Part shown: positions 39,626 to 49,192 of the stretch, one piece after another
Layout: each line of letters opens with the position of its first letter
How positions within the stretch are numbered: position 1 is the stretch's first letter
Assembly (NCBI GenBank): GCA_030619765.1
Contig: JAUXAU010000006.1
Coordinates: forward strand, 766 to 64,765
DNA length: 64,000 nt
Origin: Thermoplasmatota archaeon
Lineage (GTDB): Archaea > Thermoplasmatota > E2 > DHVEG-1
Direction of reading: 5' to 3'
Translations under genes and position numbers: made by a program
The notes under the pieces: model-generated
The model's input: the letters and a program-made list of their open reading frames with translations, nothing else
Told to the model about the DNA's origin: nothing
Database searches by the model: none

Positions 39626-40753
39626 ATGAAAAAGATATGCTTTGTATTAGCTAACTATTTTAAATATTACAAGGGCGGAGCAGAATTACAAGCTTATTTC
39701 ATAGGTAGGGAATTAGCTGAAAGTGTTGAATTACATTACTTATTTATGAAGCATCCAAATTTTAACAGAATAGAATTTCAAGGAATTGATCATGGAATAA
39801 TATTACATCCTATGAAACAGTATGTTTATAAGAATTTTGGAAAATTCTTTTTTATGAATTACCGTGAATTATTAAGATTACTAGACGATATAAATCCTGA
39901 TTTAATTTATCAGAGAGGAGGGAAGCCTTATATAGGGATGGCGAAGGGATGGTGTAAAAAAAATAATAAAAAGTCGGTTCTTGGAATAAGCATGGAGAGT
40001 AATTGTAGTAAAGCTGGGATATTAAAATTAAATAACAATTTTTTTACCTATCCCTCCAATTTTATTAATGGTAATTTTACTTTTTATGGAATGTATAACG
40101 CTGATTTGATAATTGCTCAAAGTCATCGCCAACAAAAATTATTGCAAAAAAACTTTAATCGCGATAGTATAATAATACCTAATGGACATTATGTCCCTAA
40201 ACCGCCTTTCAAAAAAGCGAATCCGCCAATAATCTCATGGATTGCTAATATTAAAAGATTGAAGCAACCAGAGATTTTTTTAAAACTTGCAGAAAAATAT
40301 CAGAAACAAAATGTTCAGTTCATAATTGCAGGACGACCGGATAGGAGCTCATACCAGAAATTGCTAATCGAAAAAGCTAGTAAGTTACCAAATTTAAGCT
40401 ATCTAGGCGAGATTTCCTTTAAGAAAACAAATGAATTATTATCAAAATCTTTATTATTCGTGAATACTAGTATAACTGAAGGTTTTCCTAATACATATAT
40501 ACAGGCATGGATGAGAGAAACCCCTGTTGTCGCATTGAACAGTGATCCAGATGATTTAATTAAAAGCCATAAATTGGGATTTCATTCTGGTAGCTTTAAA
40601 CAGTTAATTAAAGATGTTGGATATTTAATAGAAAATGAAGATGAACGAAGAGAAATGGGGAAAAAAGCTAGAAAATATGCTATTAACAACCACGACATTA
40701 AAAAAATTGGAAAAAAGTATTTTGAGGTTTTTGAAAAGCTGGTAAATCAATGA
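39626..40753 (+). CDS. GT4 glycosyltransferase
   Basis: GGAE; KQPE; EGFPNTYIQAW. Confidence 0.92.
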   Translation: MKKICFVLANYFKYYKGGAELQAYFIGRELAESVELHYLFMKHPNFNRIEFQGIDHGIILHPMKQYVYKNFGKFFFMNYRELLRLLDDINPDLIYQRGGKPYIGMAKGWCKKNNKKSVLGISMESNCSKAGILKLNNNFFTYPSNFINGNFTFYGMYNADLIIAQSHRQQKLLQKNFNRDSIIIPNGHYVPKPPFKKANPPIISWIANIKRLKQPEIFLKLAEKYQKQNVQFIIAGRPDRSSYQKLLIEKASKLPNLSYLGEISFKKTNELLSKSLLFVNTSITEGFPNTYIQAWMRETPVVALNSDPDDLIKSHKLGFHSGSFKQLIKDVGYLIENEDERREMGKKARKYAINNHDIKKIGKKYFEVFEKLVNQ

Positions 40754-41961
40754 ATATTCTATTTTTTTCTTCAAATTCACCATATTCAGAAATTAAATCA
40801 TTTAAAGGACGGATTGGTGGAGCTGAGATAAATTTACGAGTTATTGCAGAAGAGCTTGCAAATTTGGGGTATAGTACCTGCTATTATTCAACTAAAAAGG
40901 GGAAGCCTGTAAAAAAAAATGTAAATGGTGTATCCACCTACCACTTTCCAAATATTTTAATGCCAATATTTCATAAAAACCTGTCATTAATCAGAAAGTA
41001 CAATGAAAAGTTAGTGATGATTCAGCAAAAAAACCAGATTGAAAAAATCATAAAAAAGAAAAACATTGATCTCATACATACTTATTCAACATACCCGGAT
41101 ACTTTTCTATCGATTAGTGCTGCAAAGAAATCCGGCGTTCCAATTGTTCAGAGAGTTGCGGGAAGAGCATGGTATAACCTTTTAATTGAGAATCCTTCAT
41201 TGAAAAAGAAAATTGAATGGACTTTTAATGAAGTCGATATGATGTTGTTTATCTCAGATTTCATCAAGGGTAAAACTTATGATTATTTTCAAGAGTTGGG
41301 TTTTAAAGTAAATACTCCATTCGAAATAAATGACATTGGAATAAATTATAATCAACTTAAAAATATCGATTTGGAAAAGGTTAAATCTAAGTACAATCTA
41401 TCAGATGATGAAAAGATAATTTTATGTGTGGAATCATTTAAAAATTACTCAAAAAGACAAGATATATTAATCAAAGCGGTACCAAATGTTTTAGAGAAAA
41501 TTAATAATTTGAAGGTATTACTTGTAGGTAAAGGACCTAATTTTCAACGGATGAAAGATTTGGCATATGAGCTCGGGGTTCATCGAAAAATTCGTTTTTT
41601 AGGCGAGATTCCTCATAGGGATGTGTTGGCGATCATGTCAATTGCAGAAATTGTAGCTCATCCCACAGAATTTGAAGGTTATTCTACTGTTATGAGGGAG
41701 TCTTTGGCTTTAGGGAAACCATTTTTAGTTTCTGATATTGAACCTATGAATAATGTTATTAGAGACGGTTATAATGGTATGTTGGTAGAAAATAATCCAA
41801 TAAAATTTGCAGAAAAAATTGTTTATCTTCTTAAAAATAATAAAATAAGGAAATCTATTGAAAAAAATGCTGCTACATATGCGAAAAAAAATTTTGATTC
41901 TAAAAAAAACGTTCTGAAATATGAAAAACTTTTTTTAGAAATTTGCCATAAAAACAAATGA
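40750..41961 (+). CDS. GT4 glycosyltransferase
   Basis: GGAE; KRQD; EGYSTVMRESLALGKP. Confidence 0.92.
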   Translation: MNILFFSSNSPYSEIKSFKGRIGGAEINLRVIAEELANLGYSTCYYSTKKGKPVKKNVNGVSTYHFPNILMPIFHKNLSLIRKYNEKLVMIQQKNQIEKIIKKKNIDLIHTYSTYPDTFLSISAAKKSGVPIVQRVAGRAWYNLLIENPSLKKKIEWTFNEVDMMLFISDFIKGKTYDYFQELGFKVNTPFEINDIGINYNQLKNIDLEKVKSKYNLSDDEKIILCVESFKNYSKRQDILIKAVPNVLEKINNLKVLLVGKGPNFQRMKDLAYELGVHRKIRFLGEIPHRDVLAIMSIAEIVAHPTEFEGYSTVMRESLALGKPFLVSDIEPMNNVIRDGYNGMLVENNPIKFAEKIVYLLKNNKIRKSIEKNAATYAKKNFDSKKNVLKYEKLFLEICHKNK

Positions 41962-42247
41962 AGAATTAAGTTGAAAAGAAATTGATATTGTTCTGACCGA
42001 TTGGATTAGGTTCTTTTACTGCTAATACTATTTTGTATATTGATGAAGTATATGTTTTCCTGAATTGTTATTGTATGTTTTTCAATTTTTTTATCAAGAG
42101 TCATAATCGCTAGATAGTGGATGAATTGTCTGGAGAATAAAGATTCGGGAAAAGGTGTTTTTCTTTACGAAAAGAAAGGTTTCGACATTTATCTCCTGGA
42201 AAAGGTAACCTACTCTTTCTATTGTTACAATTAAAAAAGAAGGATCC

Positions 42248-43528
42248 ATGAATAAATATAAAGATATCGTCAAATTGCTTATGCCATCAAAAAAAATGTT
42301 GAGAGGACTAAAAAATGCTTCATATTTAAATATTGGAAAATTTTTGTCAATGGTTATTAACTTTTTCGGATTCGTTTACATTGCAAGATTATTGGGTCCT
42401 AGTGGCTATGGAATTTATGTAACCGTAGGTGCTTTTGTTGGACTATTCAGTATTATTACTTTCGGTGGACTAAATAAGGTTGTATTACGGGAAGGATCAA
42501 AAGACTTAGATCAGATGGAGAGGTATTTTGAAAAAATCATGGGTATAAAAATTCTTTTTACTTTCATTTCTATTAATATTTGCATAATTACTTCCGCTGT
42601 TCTGCCTTATACATTACAAGAGAAATTATACATAATAATTTTTTCATTTACTTTAATATATACTTCTTTTAATGGTTTTTTTGGAACTATTTATATCGCT
42701 GCTGAAAAAATGCAGTATAACGCAGCACTATATATCTTGGACAGGATTTTGTTTGTTGCCCTTGCAATTGCTTTTTTATCTATGGGATTAGGAATTTTGA
42801 CGTTAATTACCATAACTCTTTTTTCACATTTTTTTACTCTTATACTTAATTATAGACTAACTAAAAGATTTTTGAGTTTTAAATTCTTTAATAAAATAAA
42901 GTGGGATAAGGCTATATTGGGATCTTCATTAATTTTTAGTATATTATCTTTTACAGTTTTATTATCAACCAGAATAGATTTGGTAATGATATCTTGGTTA
43001 GGTTCCTCGGAAGATGTAGGTATTTACGGTGTGGCCTATCAAATAATTCATGCCTTTGGGAGTGTTAGAAATTTATTGGCTACTGCATTTTTTCCAATAT
43101 CTGTGAAAATGTTTCGTAAACATATCGTTAGCTGGAAAAAACTTTTAAAATATGCTTTTTTACTAAGTTCCGGAATTTTATTACTAGGTGTTGTGGGATC
43201 TATCTATTCTGAGCAAGGTATTACATTATTATTTGGAGCAGAATATTCTGAGTCTGGTGTGATATTATCTGTTTTGATTTTCTACCTGGCTTTTAGTTTT
43301 TTTACCATACCATTTTCAATTACTCTTCAGGCAACACATAATGAAAGAATGAACTTAAAGCTTTGTTGGATTGGCCCTACTTTGAACATTGGTCTGAATT
43401 ATATATTTTTTAACATTTTTGGACTTATAGGTATAGCTTATTCAACATTGGTCGTTGGTTTAATTAGGGTTCCGATTTTCGTTTTCTTTACTTGGAGAAC
43501 ACTTAAAAAACAGAATAAGATAATATAA
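42248..43528 (+). CDS. Wzx/MOP-family oligosaccharide flippase
   Basis: ARLLGPSGYG, RIDLVMI..VGIYGVA, LNYI..GLIGIA; many TMs. Confidence 0.9.
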   Translation: MNKYKDIVKLLMPSKKMLRGLKNASYLNIGKFLSMVINFFGFVYIARLLGPSGYGIYVTVGAFVGLFSIITFGGLNKVVLREGSKDLDQMERYFEKIMGIKILFTFISINICIITSAVLPYTLQEKLYIIIFSFTLIYTSFNGFFGTIYIAAEKMQYNAALYILDRILFVALAIAFLSMGLGILTLITITLFSHFFTLILNYRLTKRFLSFKFFNKIKWDKAILGSSLIFSILSFTVLLSTRIDLVMISWLGSSEDVGIYGVAYQIIHAFGSVRNLLATAFFPISVKMFRKHIVSWKKLLKYAFLLSSGILLLGVVGSIYSEQGITLLFGAEYSESGVILSVLIFYLAFSFFTIPFSITLQATHNERMNLKLCWIGPTLNIGLNYIFFNIFGLIGIAYSTLVVGLIRVPIFVFFTWRTLKKQNKII

Positions 43529-43675
43529 ATGAACATTGTTTATATCATGAGAAAAAGAAGACAAATTCAATTTTGTTGAAGGTTACATCTAGATAGGAGA
43601 TTTTATAAATGTCCGCATACATAATATCTCAATTTCTAGGTAAGTCAAAATTCAGGTTATCCTTGGGAGTATATT

Positions 43676-45034
43676 ATGATACCATTGAATAATTCAATCT
43701 TTAAGTCATTTATTGCTCTTGATTTTATAAGGAAAAAACGATTTGCCTTTTTTAAAACGCTTCAAAAGCTAAAATATTCTCAGTATTATCCAGAAGATAA
43801 ACTCAAAGAAATTCAAATTAGGAAATTAAAACAATTAGTGCAATATTCTTATGAGAATGTTCCATATTATCATCGATTATTCAAACAAAATGGTGTCCAT
43901 CCAAATGATATAAAATCTCTTGAAGATTTGAAGAAGATTCCAGTTCTTACAAAGAAGAAAATTCAAAATAACATGGATAAAATGATATCCATAAAAAAGA
44001 GCAGAAATAATTTACTTAAAAATTATACAGGTGGATCAACCGGAAAACCTTTAACTTTTTATCAATGCTACAATTATCTAAACTATGCCCAAGCAGGAAA
44101 AATTCTTGCTTGGTATATTATCCCAGGATTTGATTACGGAACTCGAACAGCATTGTTATGGTCAGCACATAGAGACATAAGAAGTAATCAATCTTTACTC
44201 TATCAAATAAAAAAATATTTAGATGGTACAGTTACTATGAATGCAAATAAAATAAATGATATAAAATTGGAAATTTTCATCAAATACATTGATAAATTTA
44301 AACCTTTTATTCTCAGAGGATACCCTTCTATACTATGTTATCTTGCAAAATATATTGACAAACATCAAATAGATATCCCAGATATTTCTTGTGTAATTAC
44401 AACAGCAGAAGTACTACATGAAGATCAGAGGGAAAAACTCGCAAAGGTATTTAAATGTCACATATTAAATTCCTATGGCTGCAGAGAAGTTAGTCAAATA
44501 GCTATGGAATGCCCCAAGCACAATGGATTACATGTAATGATGGAAAATCAAATCGTAGAACTATTGGATACAAATGAAGATGTCGTCCCAACCGAGATAG
44601 GTTCTGTTGTTGTCACAAATCTCAATAATTATGGTATGCCATTCATTCGATATGAAGTTGAAGATATGGCTCGACGATCTTCGATCGATAAATGCGGGTG
44701 TAATAGAGGTTTATCTTTGATAGATAACATTATTGGTAGAGAAAAAGGTTTTATTATTACGCCTAATGGAAATAATATATACTTTGGATATTTTGAAATG
44801 AAATTTTATGGGTTTCCTGGTGTTGAAGAATATCAAGTAATTCAGGAAGAATTAGATAAAATTGTGATTTTAGTAGTTGGAGATATTGACCGTTCTAAAG
44901 ATAAAATGGAAGAATTAAGGAAAGAGATGATGACTGAACTAGGAGAGCATATTCAAATAGAGGTTGAATATGTTGATCAGATAAAAAGATCTGACACAGG
45001 TAAATATCAAAGAGTAATTTCAAAAGTACATTAA
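43676..45034 (+). CDS. Phenylacetate-CoA ligase-like (PaaK/CapK) adenylate-forming enzyme
   Basis: VPYY, TGGSTGKP, YGCRE, MPFIRYEVED, IGR. Confidence 0.88.
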   Translation: MIPLNNSIFKSFIALDFIRKKRFAFFKTLQKLKYSQYYPEDKLKEIQIRKLKQLVQYSYENVPYYHRLFKQNGVHPNDIKSLEDLKKIPVLTKKKIQNNMDKMISIKKSRNNLLKNYTGGSTGKPLTFYQCYNYLNYAQAGKILAWYIIPGFDYGTRTALLWSAHRDIRSNQSLLYQIKKYLDGTVTMNANKINDIKLEIFIKYIDKFKPFILRGYPSILCYLAKYIDKHQIDIPDISCVITTAEVLHEDQREKLAKVFKCHILNSYGCREVSQIAMECPKHNGLHVMMENQIVELLDTNEDVVPTEIGSVVVTNLNNYGMPFIRYEVEDMARRSSIDKCGCNRGLSLIDNIIGREKGFIITPNGNNIYFGYFEMKFYGFPGVEEYQVIQEELDKIVILVVGDIDRSKDKMEELRKEMMTELGEHIQIEVEYVDQIKRSDTGKYQRVISKVH

Positions 45035-45071
45035 ATATATGTTATAGTATTGTTTCTTCGTAAAGTGAGGT

Positions 45072-45242
45072 ATGATGGTAATGAATTATTTAAATCAAAT
45101 TAACAAAAAAGAAATAAGGATGAATAATGTTGACTCCGATAATCCTTTGAATATAATAATTACAGGTGATTTTTCTCCTATAAACAGAATAGAGGTTTTA
45201 TGCAAAAATAAAAGCTATTGTACCGGATACCCCCACCTTTAG
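45072..45242 (+). pseudogene. N-terminal remnant of a CapA-like metallophosphoesterase
   Basis: ..NPLNIIITGDFSPINRIEVLC.. then a stop after 56 codons. Confidence 0.55.
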
Positions 45243-45314
45243 ATGGATTTATTTTGGGAGGATGTCATGATATAGAGCAAATATTTTTTAAATCATTGTA
45301 TGTTTCTCCTATAG

Positions 45315-46226
45315 ATGTTTATTAATAAACTACGGCGAAGAATTTCGAACTCTAAGCCTTTATTAAAAATATGGTCAATATCATTAAAGAAGGATTTTTG
45401 TAGGGCTGGTTTATTAAAAGATTATTGCTGGAGTAAAATTGAACCTAGTTTTATTGTTAGTACAGGTCGTACTGGAACGAAATTTTTAGCAACATTTTTC
45501 AACAGGTATTGTAAGGATACATTGTCTTTACATGAACCAAGTCCCACTATGTTTTATCTTGGAACAGATTTTATAAAAGGTAATATTTCCTTTCGTGAAG
45601 CATCAAACGGATTTGACATTCAACGTCTACACATATGCAGAAGGTTAAATAAAAACAATATTAGATTCTATATTGAGTCTAACGGTTATTTGTCAAGTCT
45701 TATTCCAGTGATTAATGTTTTTTATAATAATGCTAAATTTGTTTATATTATAAGGAATGGTAAGGATTATGTCCGGTCATATTACAGCAAGAGGCCTTCA
45801 AATAAAGGTTACTATGCTCTTTCAGATGAAAGTCCAATGAAAGGCATTAATTCAAATGATTTCCTGGATGACAGATTTTATGGACAATGGGATAACATGT
45901 CGAGATTTGAACGTGTGTGTTGGATTTGGGTTAAGAGAAACCAGATGATTGAAAGTTCTTTAACTGAGGATATCAGTTGGATAAAAGTTAGATTTGAAGA
46001 CATATTTAGTAATGGTTGTACGGGTCTTTGGGAAATTATTGATTTTTTGGATTTAAGAAACCAAATTAAAATCGATAGCTCAGAAACAGTTAAAATTCTT
46101 GCTGATGCTTTAAATATAAACAAAAAATATTTACTTCCAAAAAATTTTAAAGATTGGCCAGATGACAAAAAAGATATTTTTGAAGAGATTTGTGGAGAAT
46201 ACATGGAAAAATCAGGGTACAGATGA
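45315..46226 (+). CDS. Sulfotransferase-like protein
   Basis: STGRTGT, HEP, IIRNGKDYVRS, RFED. Confidence 0.8.
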   Translation: MFINKLRRRISNSKPLLKIWSISLKKDFCRAGLLKDYCWSKIEPSFIVSTGRTGTKFLATFFNRYCKDTLSLHEPSPTMFYLGTDFIKGNISFREASNGFDIQRLHICRRLNKNNIRFYIESNGYLSSLIPVINVFYNNAKFVYIIRNGKDYVRSYYSKRPSNKGYYALSDESPMKGINSNDFLDDRFYGQWDNMSRFERVCWIWVKRNQMIESSLTEDISWIKVRFEDIFSNGCTGLWEIIDFLDLRNQIKIDSSETVKILADALNINKKYLLPKNFKDWPDDKKDIFEEICGEYMEKSGYR

Positions 46227-46303
46227 AGATGTTGTTCTACTTGTGTTATTTAAGCTAGATATACCAAAACATTTAATAAAAACTATTTTATTGATTTCAA
46301 ATC

Positions 46304-46960
46304 ATGGTATATTATAAAGGGAGTTTTATTAGGGCACCTATTTGCTGGAGGATTAGAGAGCTTGTTCAGGCTGTTCTAAAAAAACTTAATTTTAGTATGT
46401 CATATGATAAAACAATGGATCTCTTTCAAAGAAAAGGATTAATAATAGGTAAAAATGTCCATATTGAGAGAAATGTAAAAATTGATGACAATTTTTGTCA
46501 TTTAATAAGAATCGGAGATAACTGCCGTATTACTAGAGGTGTTACAATACTTGCTCATGATGGATCAATGCATCATGCTACTGGGGGTTATGGAACAGCA
46601 GGAATAGTAGATATTAAAGAAAATTGCATTATAGGTGTAAATGCAATTATACTTCCGGGGGTAACAATAGGCCCAAATGTTCTTGTAGCAGCTGGTTCCG
46701 TTGTTAATAAGGATATTCCACCCGATTCATGTGTTGCAGGTGTCCCAGCAAGGTATTATGGAAGCTTTAGTGATTTTATATCCAATTTTAAAGAAAAAAT
46801 CGAAAGTAGCTATGTATTTCCACAACTCCAAGCTATAAGCGATTATGAAGAATTTAAAAAAGAAAAGGAAAAAATGATAAAGGAAGCAGAAAAAGGAGAA
46901 ATTATTTACAAAATCATAAAACCAAGGGTTATTTCAAAAAAGATGGATAATAAAAAATAA
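46304..46960 (+). CDS. Hexapeptide-repeat (LbH) acyltransferase
   Basis: IGKNV..IGDNC..ILAHD..ILPGVTIG..AGVPAR. Confidence 0.9.
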   Translation: MVYYKGSFIRAPICWRIRELVQAVLKKLNFSMSYDKTMDLFQRKGLIIGKNVHIERNVKIDDNFCHLIRIGDNCRITRGVTILAHDGSMHHATGGYGTAGIVDIKENCIIGVNAIILPGVTIGPNVLVAAGSVVNKDIPPDSCVAGVPARYYGSFSDFISNFKEKIESSYVFPQLQAISDYEEFKKEKEKMIKEAEKGEIIYKIIKPRVISKKMDNKK

Positions 46961-47048
46961 TTACTTTCCACTTAACTTAGAGTATTTATTTTAATATCCA
47001 ATATCAAAAGAGCAGCCAATCGATAAGAAAAGATACCAGGTTGAATAA

Positions 47049-48044
47049 ATGGAATCGGAATTATCGCTTGATAGCCTGAGAATAAATTGCACGGAAGTAT
47101 CTGAAGAAATACAGAAATTTGTAAGACATACAGTTTTTAATGAATTAAAGAAAAAAGGAGTTGTAATTGGAATATCAGGAGGGATAGACAGTAGTGTGAC
47201 CGCTGCTATCTGTGTTAATGCTCTTGGTAAGGAGAGGGTGTTTGGTATTCTTATGCCAGAAAAGGAATCCTCTGAAGATACCTTGGAGTTGAGCAGGATT
47301 GTAACCGACTTCTTTGGAATTGATAATGTTTTGGAGGATATTACCCAAATTCTTGATTCTACAGGTTGTTATCAGCGGAGAAATAAGACGATAAAAAAAA
47401 TTATTCCAGAGTATGCAGACGAATGGAAGTTTAAGATTGTACTTCCTAGCCTCTTGGATTCAGATACATATCGTTTTTTCTCTCTTGTGGCAAAGTCACC
47501 TGATGGGAAAATCGTAAAAAAACGATTAAACCATACAACTTATTTAGAGATATTATCAGCTACAAATTTTAAACAAAGAGTCAGAAAGATGGTTGAATAT
47601 TACCATGCTGATAGACTCAATTATGCTGATGTTGGCACTCCTAACAGGTTGGAATATGATCAAGGTTTCTTTGTGAAAAATGGAGATGGAGCTGCGGATA
47701 TAAAACCTATTGCCCATTTGTATAAAACACAGATTTATCAACTTGCAGAATTCTATAAGATACCTGAGATTATTGTGAATCATCCTCCCACCACTGACAC
47801 GTATTCTATGCCTCAAAGTCAGGAGGAATTCTATTTCTCATTACCATATGATATCATGGATTTCTGCCTCTATTGTTACAATAACGATATAAGCCCTGAG
47901 AGGGCATCTAAGGCGATCGGTTTAGACGTTGATCAAGTAGAGAGGATATATAGTGATATTAAAAACAAGAGGCGTTCAACTATGTATCTTCATTTATCCC
48001 CTCAACTGGTGCAACCGGTATTTACCAGTTTAAAAATGAAATAA
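47049..48044 (+). CDS. nadE: NH3-dependent NAD+ synthase-like protein
   Basis: ISGGIDSS, NFKQRVRK, GTPNRLE, GFFVKNGDG, KPIAHLYK, PTTDTY. Confidence 0.8.
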   Translation: MESELSLDSLRINCTEVSEEIQKFVRHTVFNELKKKGVVIGISGGIDSSVTAAICVNALGKERVFGILMPEKESSEDTLELSRIVTDFFGIDNVLEDITQILDSTGCYQRRNKTIKKIIPEYADEWKFKIVLPSLLDSDTYRFFSLVAKSPDGKIVKKRLNHTTYLEILSATNFKQRVRKMVEYYHADRLNYADVGTPNRLEYDQGFFVKNGDGAADIKPIAHLYKTQIYQLAEFYKIPEIIVNHPPTTDTYSMPQSQEEFYFSLPYDIMDFCLYCYNNDISPERASKAIGLDVDQVERIYSDIKNKRRSTMYLHLSPQLVQPVFTSLKMK

Positions 48045-48097
48045 GTATAAAAAAGTTTAAATATTCTATTAGTTTTTATTAAAAGGAGAAGACGGCA

Positions 48098-48955
48098 ATG
48101 AAATTTAGGATAAAATTTTTAATCGGGTTAATTATTGTTATTGCAATGGCTACTGTTGTACTTGGGTATGGTTCTTTTTTTTCTAAATGGTTTTCTCAAG
48201 GAGATTCTTCTCCTGTATTAAAAAATCCAGGTTTAGGAAATGGTACAAAAATTATTTTTCTTCACCATAGCACAGGGAGACACATATGGGATGGAGGTGT
48301 CAATGAGTGGTTTAAAGAGTATAATCAAACAAATAAAGTTAATTATTCTATTATAGAACAAAGTTTCCCGAAATCGAAACCTTATGGATGGAATAATTAT
48401 CCTTTTGATTATTGGAACATTTGGGTAAATCATGCTGGTGAAGAACCATTTAAAGAAGAACCGACTTTAGAAATGATTACGAAGAAATATGATGTTGTAA
48501 TATTGAAACATTGTTATCCAGTGGCAGACATCAAAGAGGATACTGGAGAACCTGATGTTAATTCTGATATTAAACGTTTGGAGAATTATAAGGTTCAATA
48601 TGAGGCTTTGAAGGAAAAAATGAAAGAGTTCAATCAGACAAAATTTATAGTGTGGACGATCGCTGCTTTGGTGGAAAAATCGACAAATGAGGAAATGGCA
48701 TCTAAAGCGAAAGAATTTTATAATTGGGTAAAGGATGAATGGGATGAGAAAGGTGATAATATCTTTCTTTGGGATTTTTATGAGCTTGAAACAGAAGGAG
48801 GTTTGTATTTGAAGAATGAATATGCAAAAAACCTGGAGAATTCTCACCCAAGTATAGCCTTTTCAGAAACTGTTGCGCCTTATTTTTGTCAAAGAATTGT
48901 AGATGTTATTGAAGGTAAAGGCGATACCTCAAACATTACAGGAAGGATAATTTGA
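48098..48955 (+). CDS. Membrane-anchored SGNH-like hypothetical protein
   Basis: N-terminal TM; FLHHSTG, LKHCYP, LWDFY, NSHP. Confidence 0.6.
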   Translation: MKFRIKFLIGLIIVIAMATVVLGYGSFFSKWFSQGDSSPVLKNPGLGNGTKIIFLHHSTGRHIWDGGVNEWFKEYNQTNKVNYSIIEQSFPKSKPYGWNNYPFDYWNIWVNHAGEEPFKEEPTLEMITKKYDVVILKHCYPVADIKEDTGEPDVNSDIKRLENYKVQYEALKEKMKEFNQTKFIVWTIAALVEKSTNEEMASKAKEFYNWVKDEWDEKGDNIFLWDFYELETEGGLYLKNEYAKNLENSHPSIAFSETVAPYFCQRIVDVIEGKGDTSNITGRII

Positions 48956-49192
48956 GTTATTTCAAATCTTTATTAATATTGGAGATTTGCAATTTTTTCA
49001 GTTATCGGTAACATTTTTTTCTAAGGAGAAAACGTTATTCTATTTTTTATATCTAAAAAATATTTTGTATATTTTATCTTTCTGCAGATTTTTATTATTT
49101 GGTTTTTTATCTTATGTTTATTTAAACATTGTTGTAAATTTGTTTTCATATTCGATTGATATGTCTGAAAGGCATCTTCGAAGTGATGCAAA

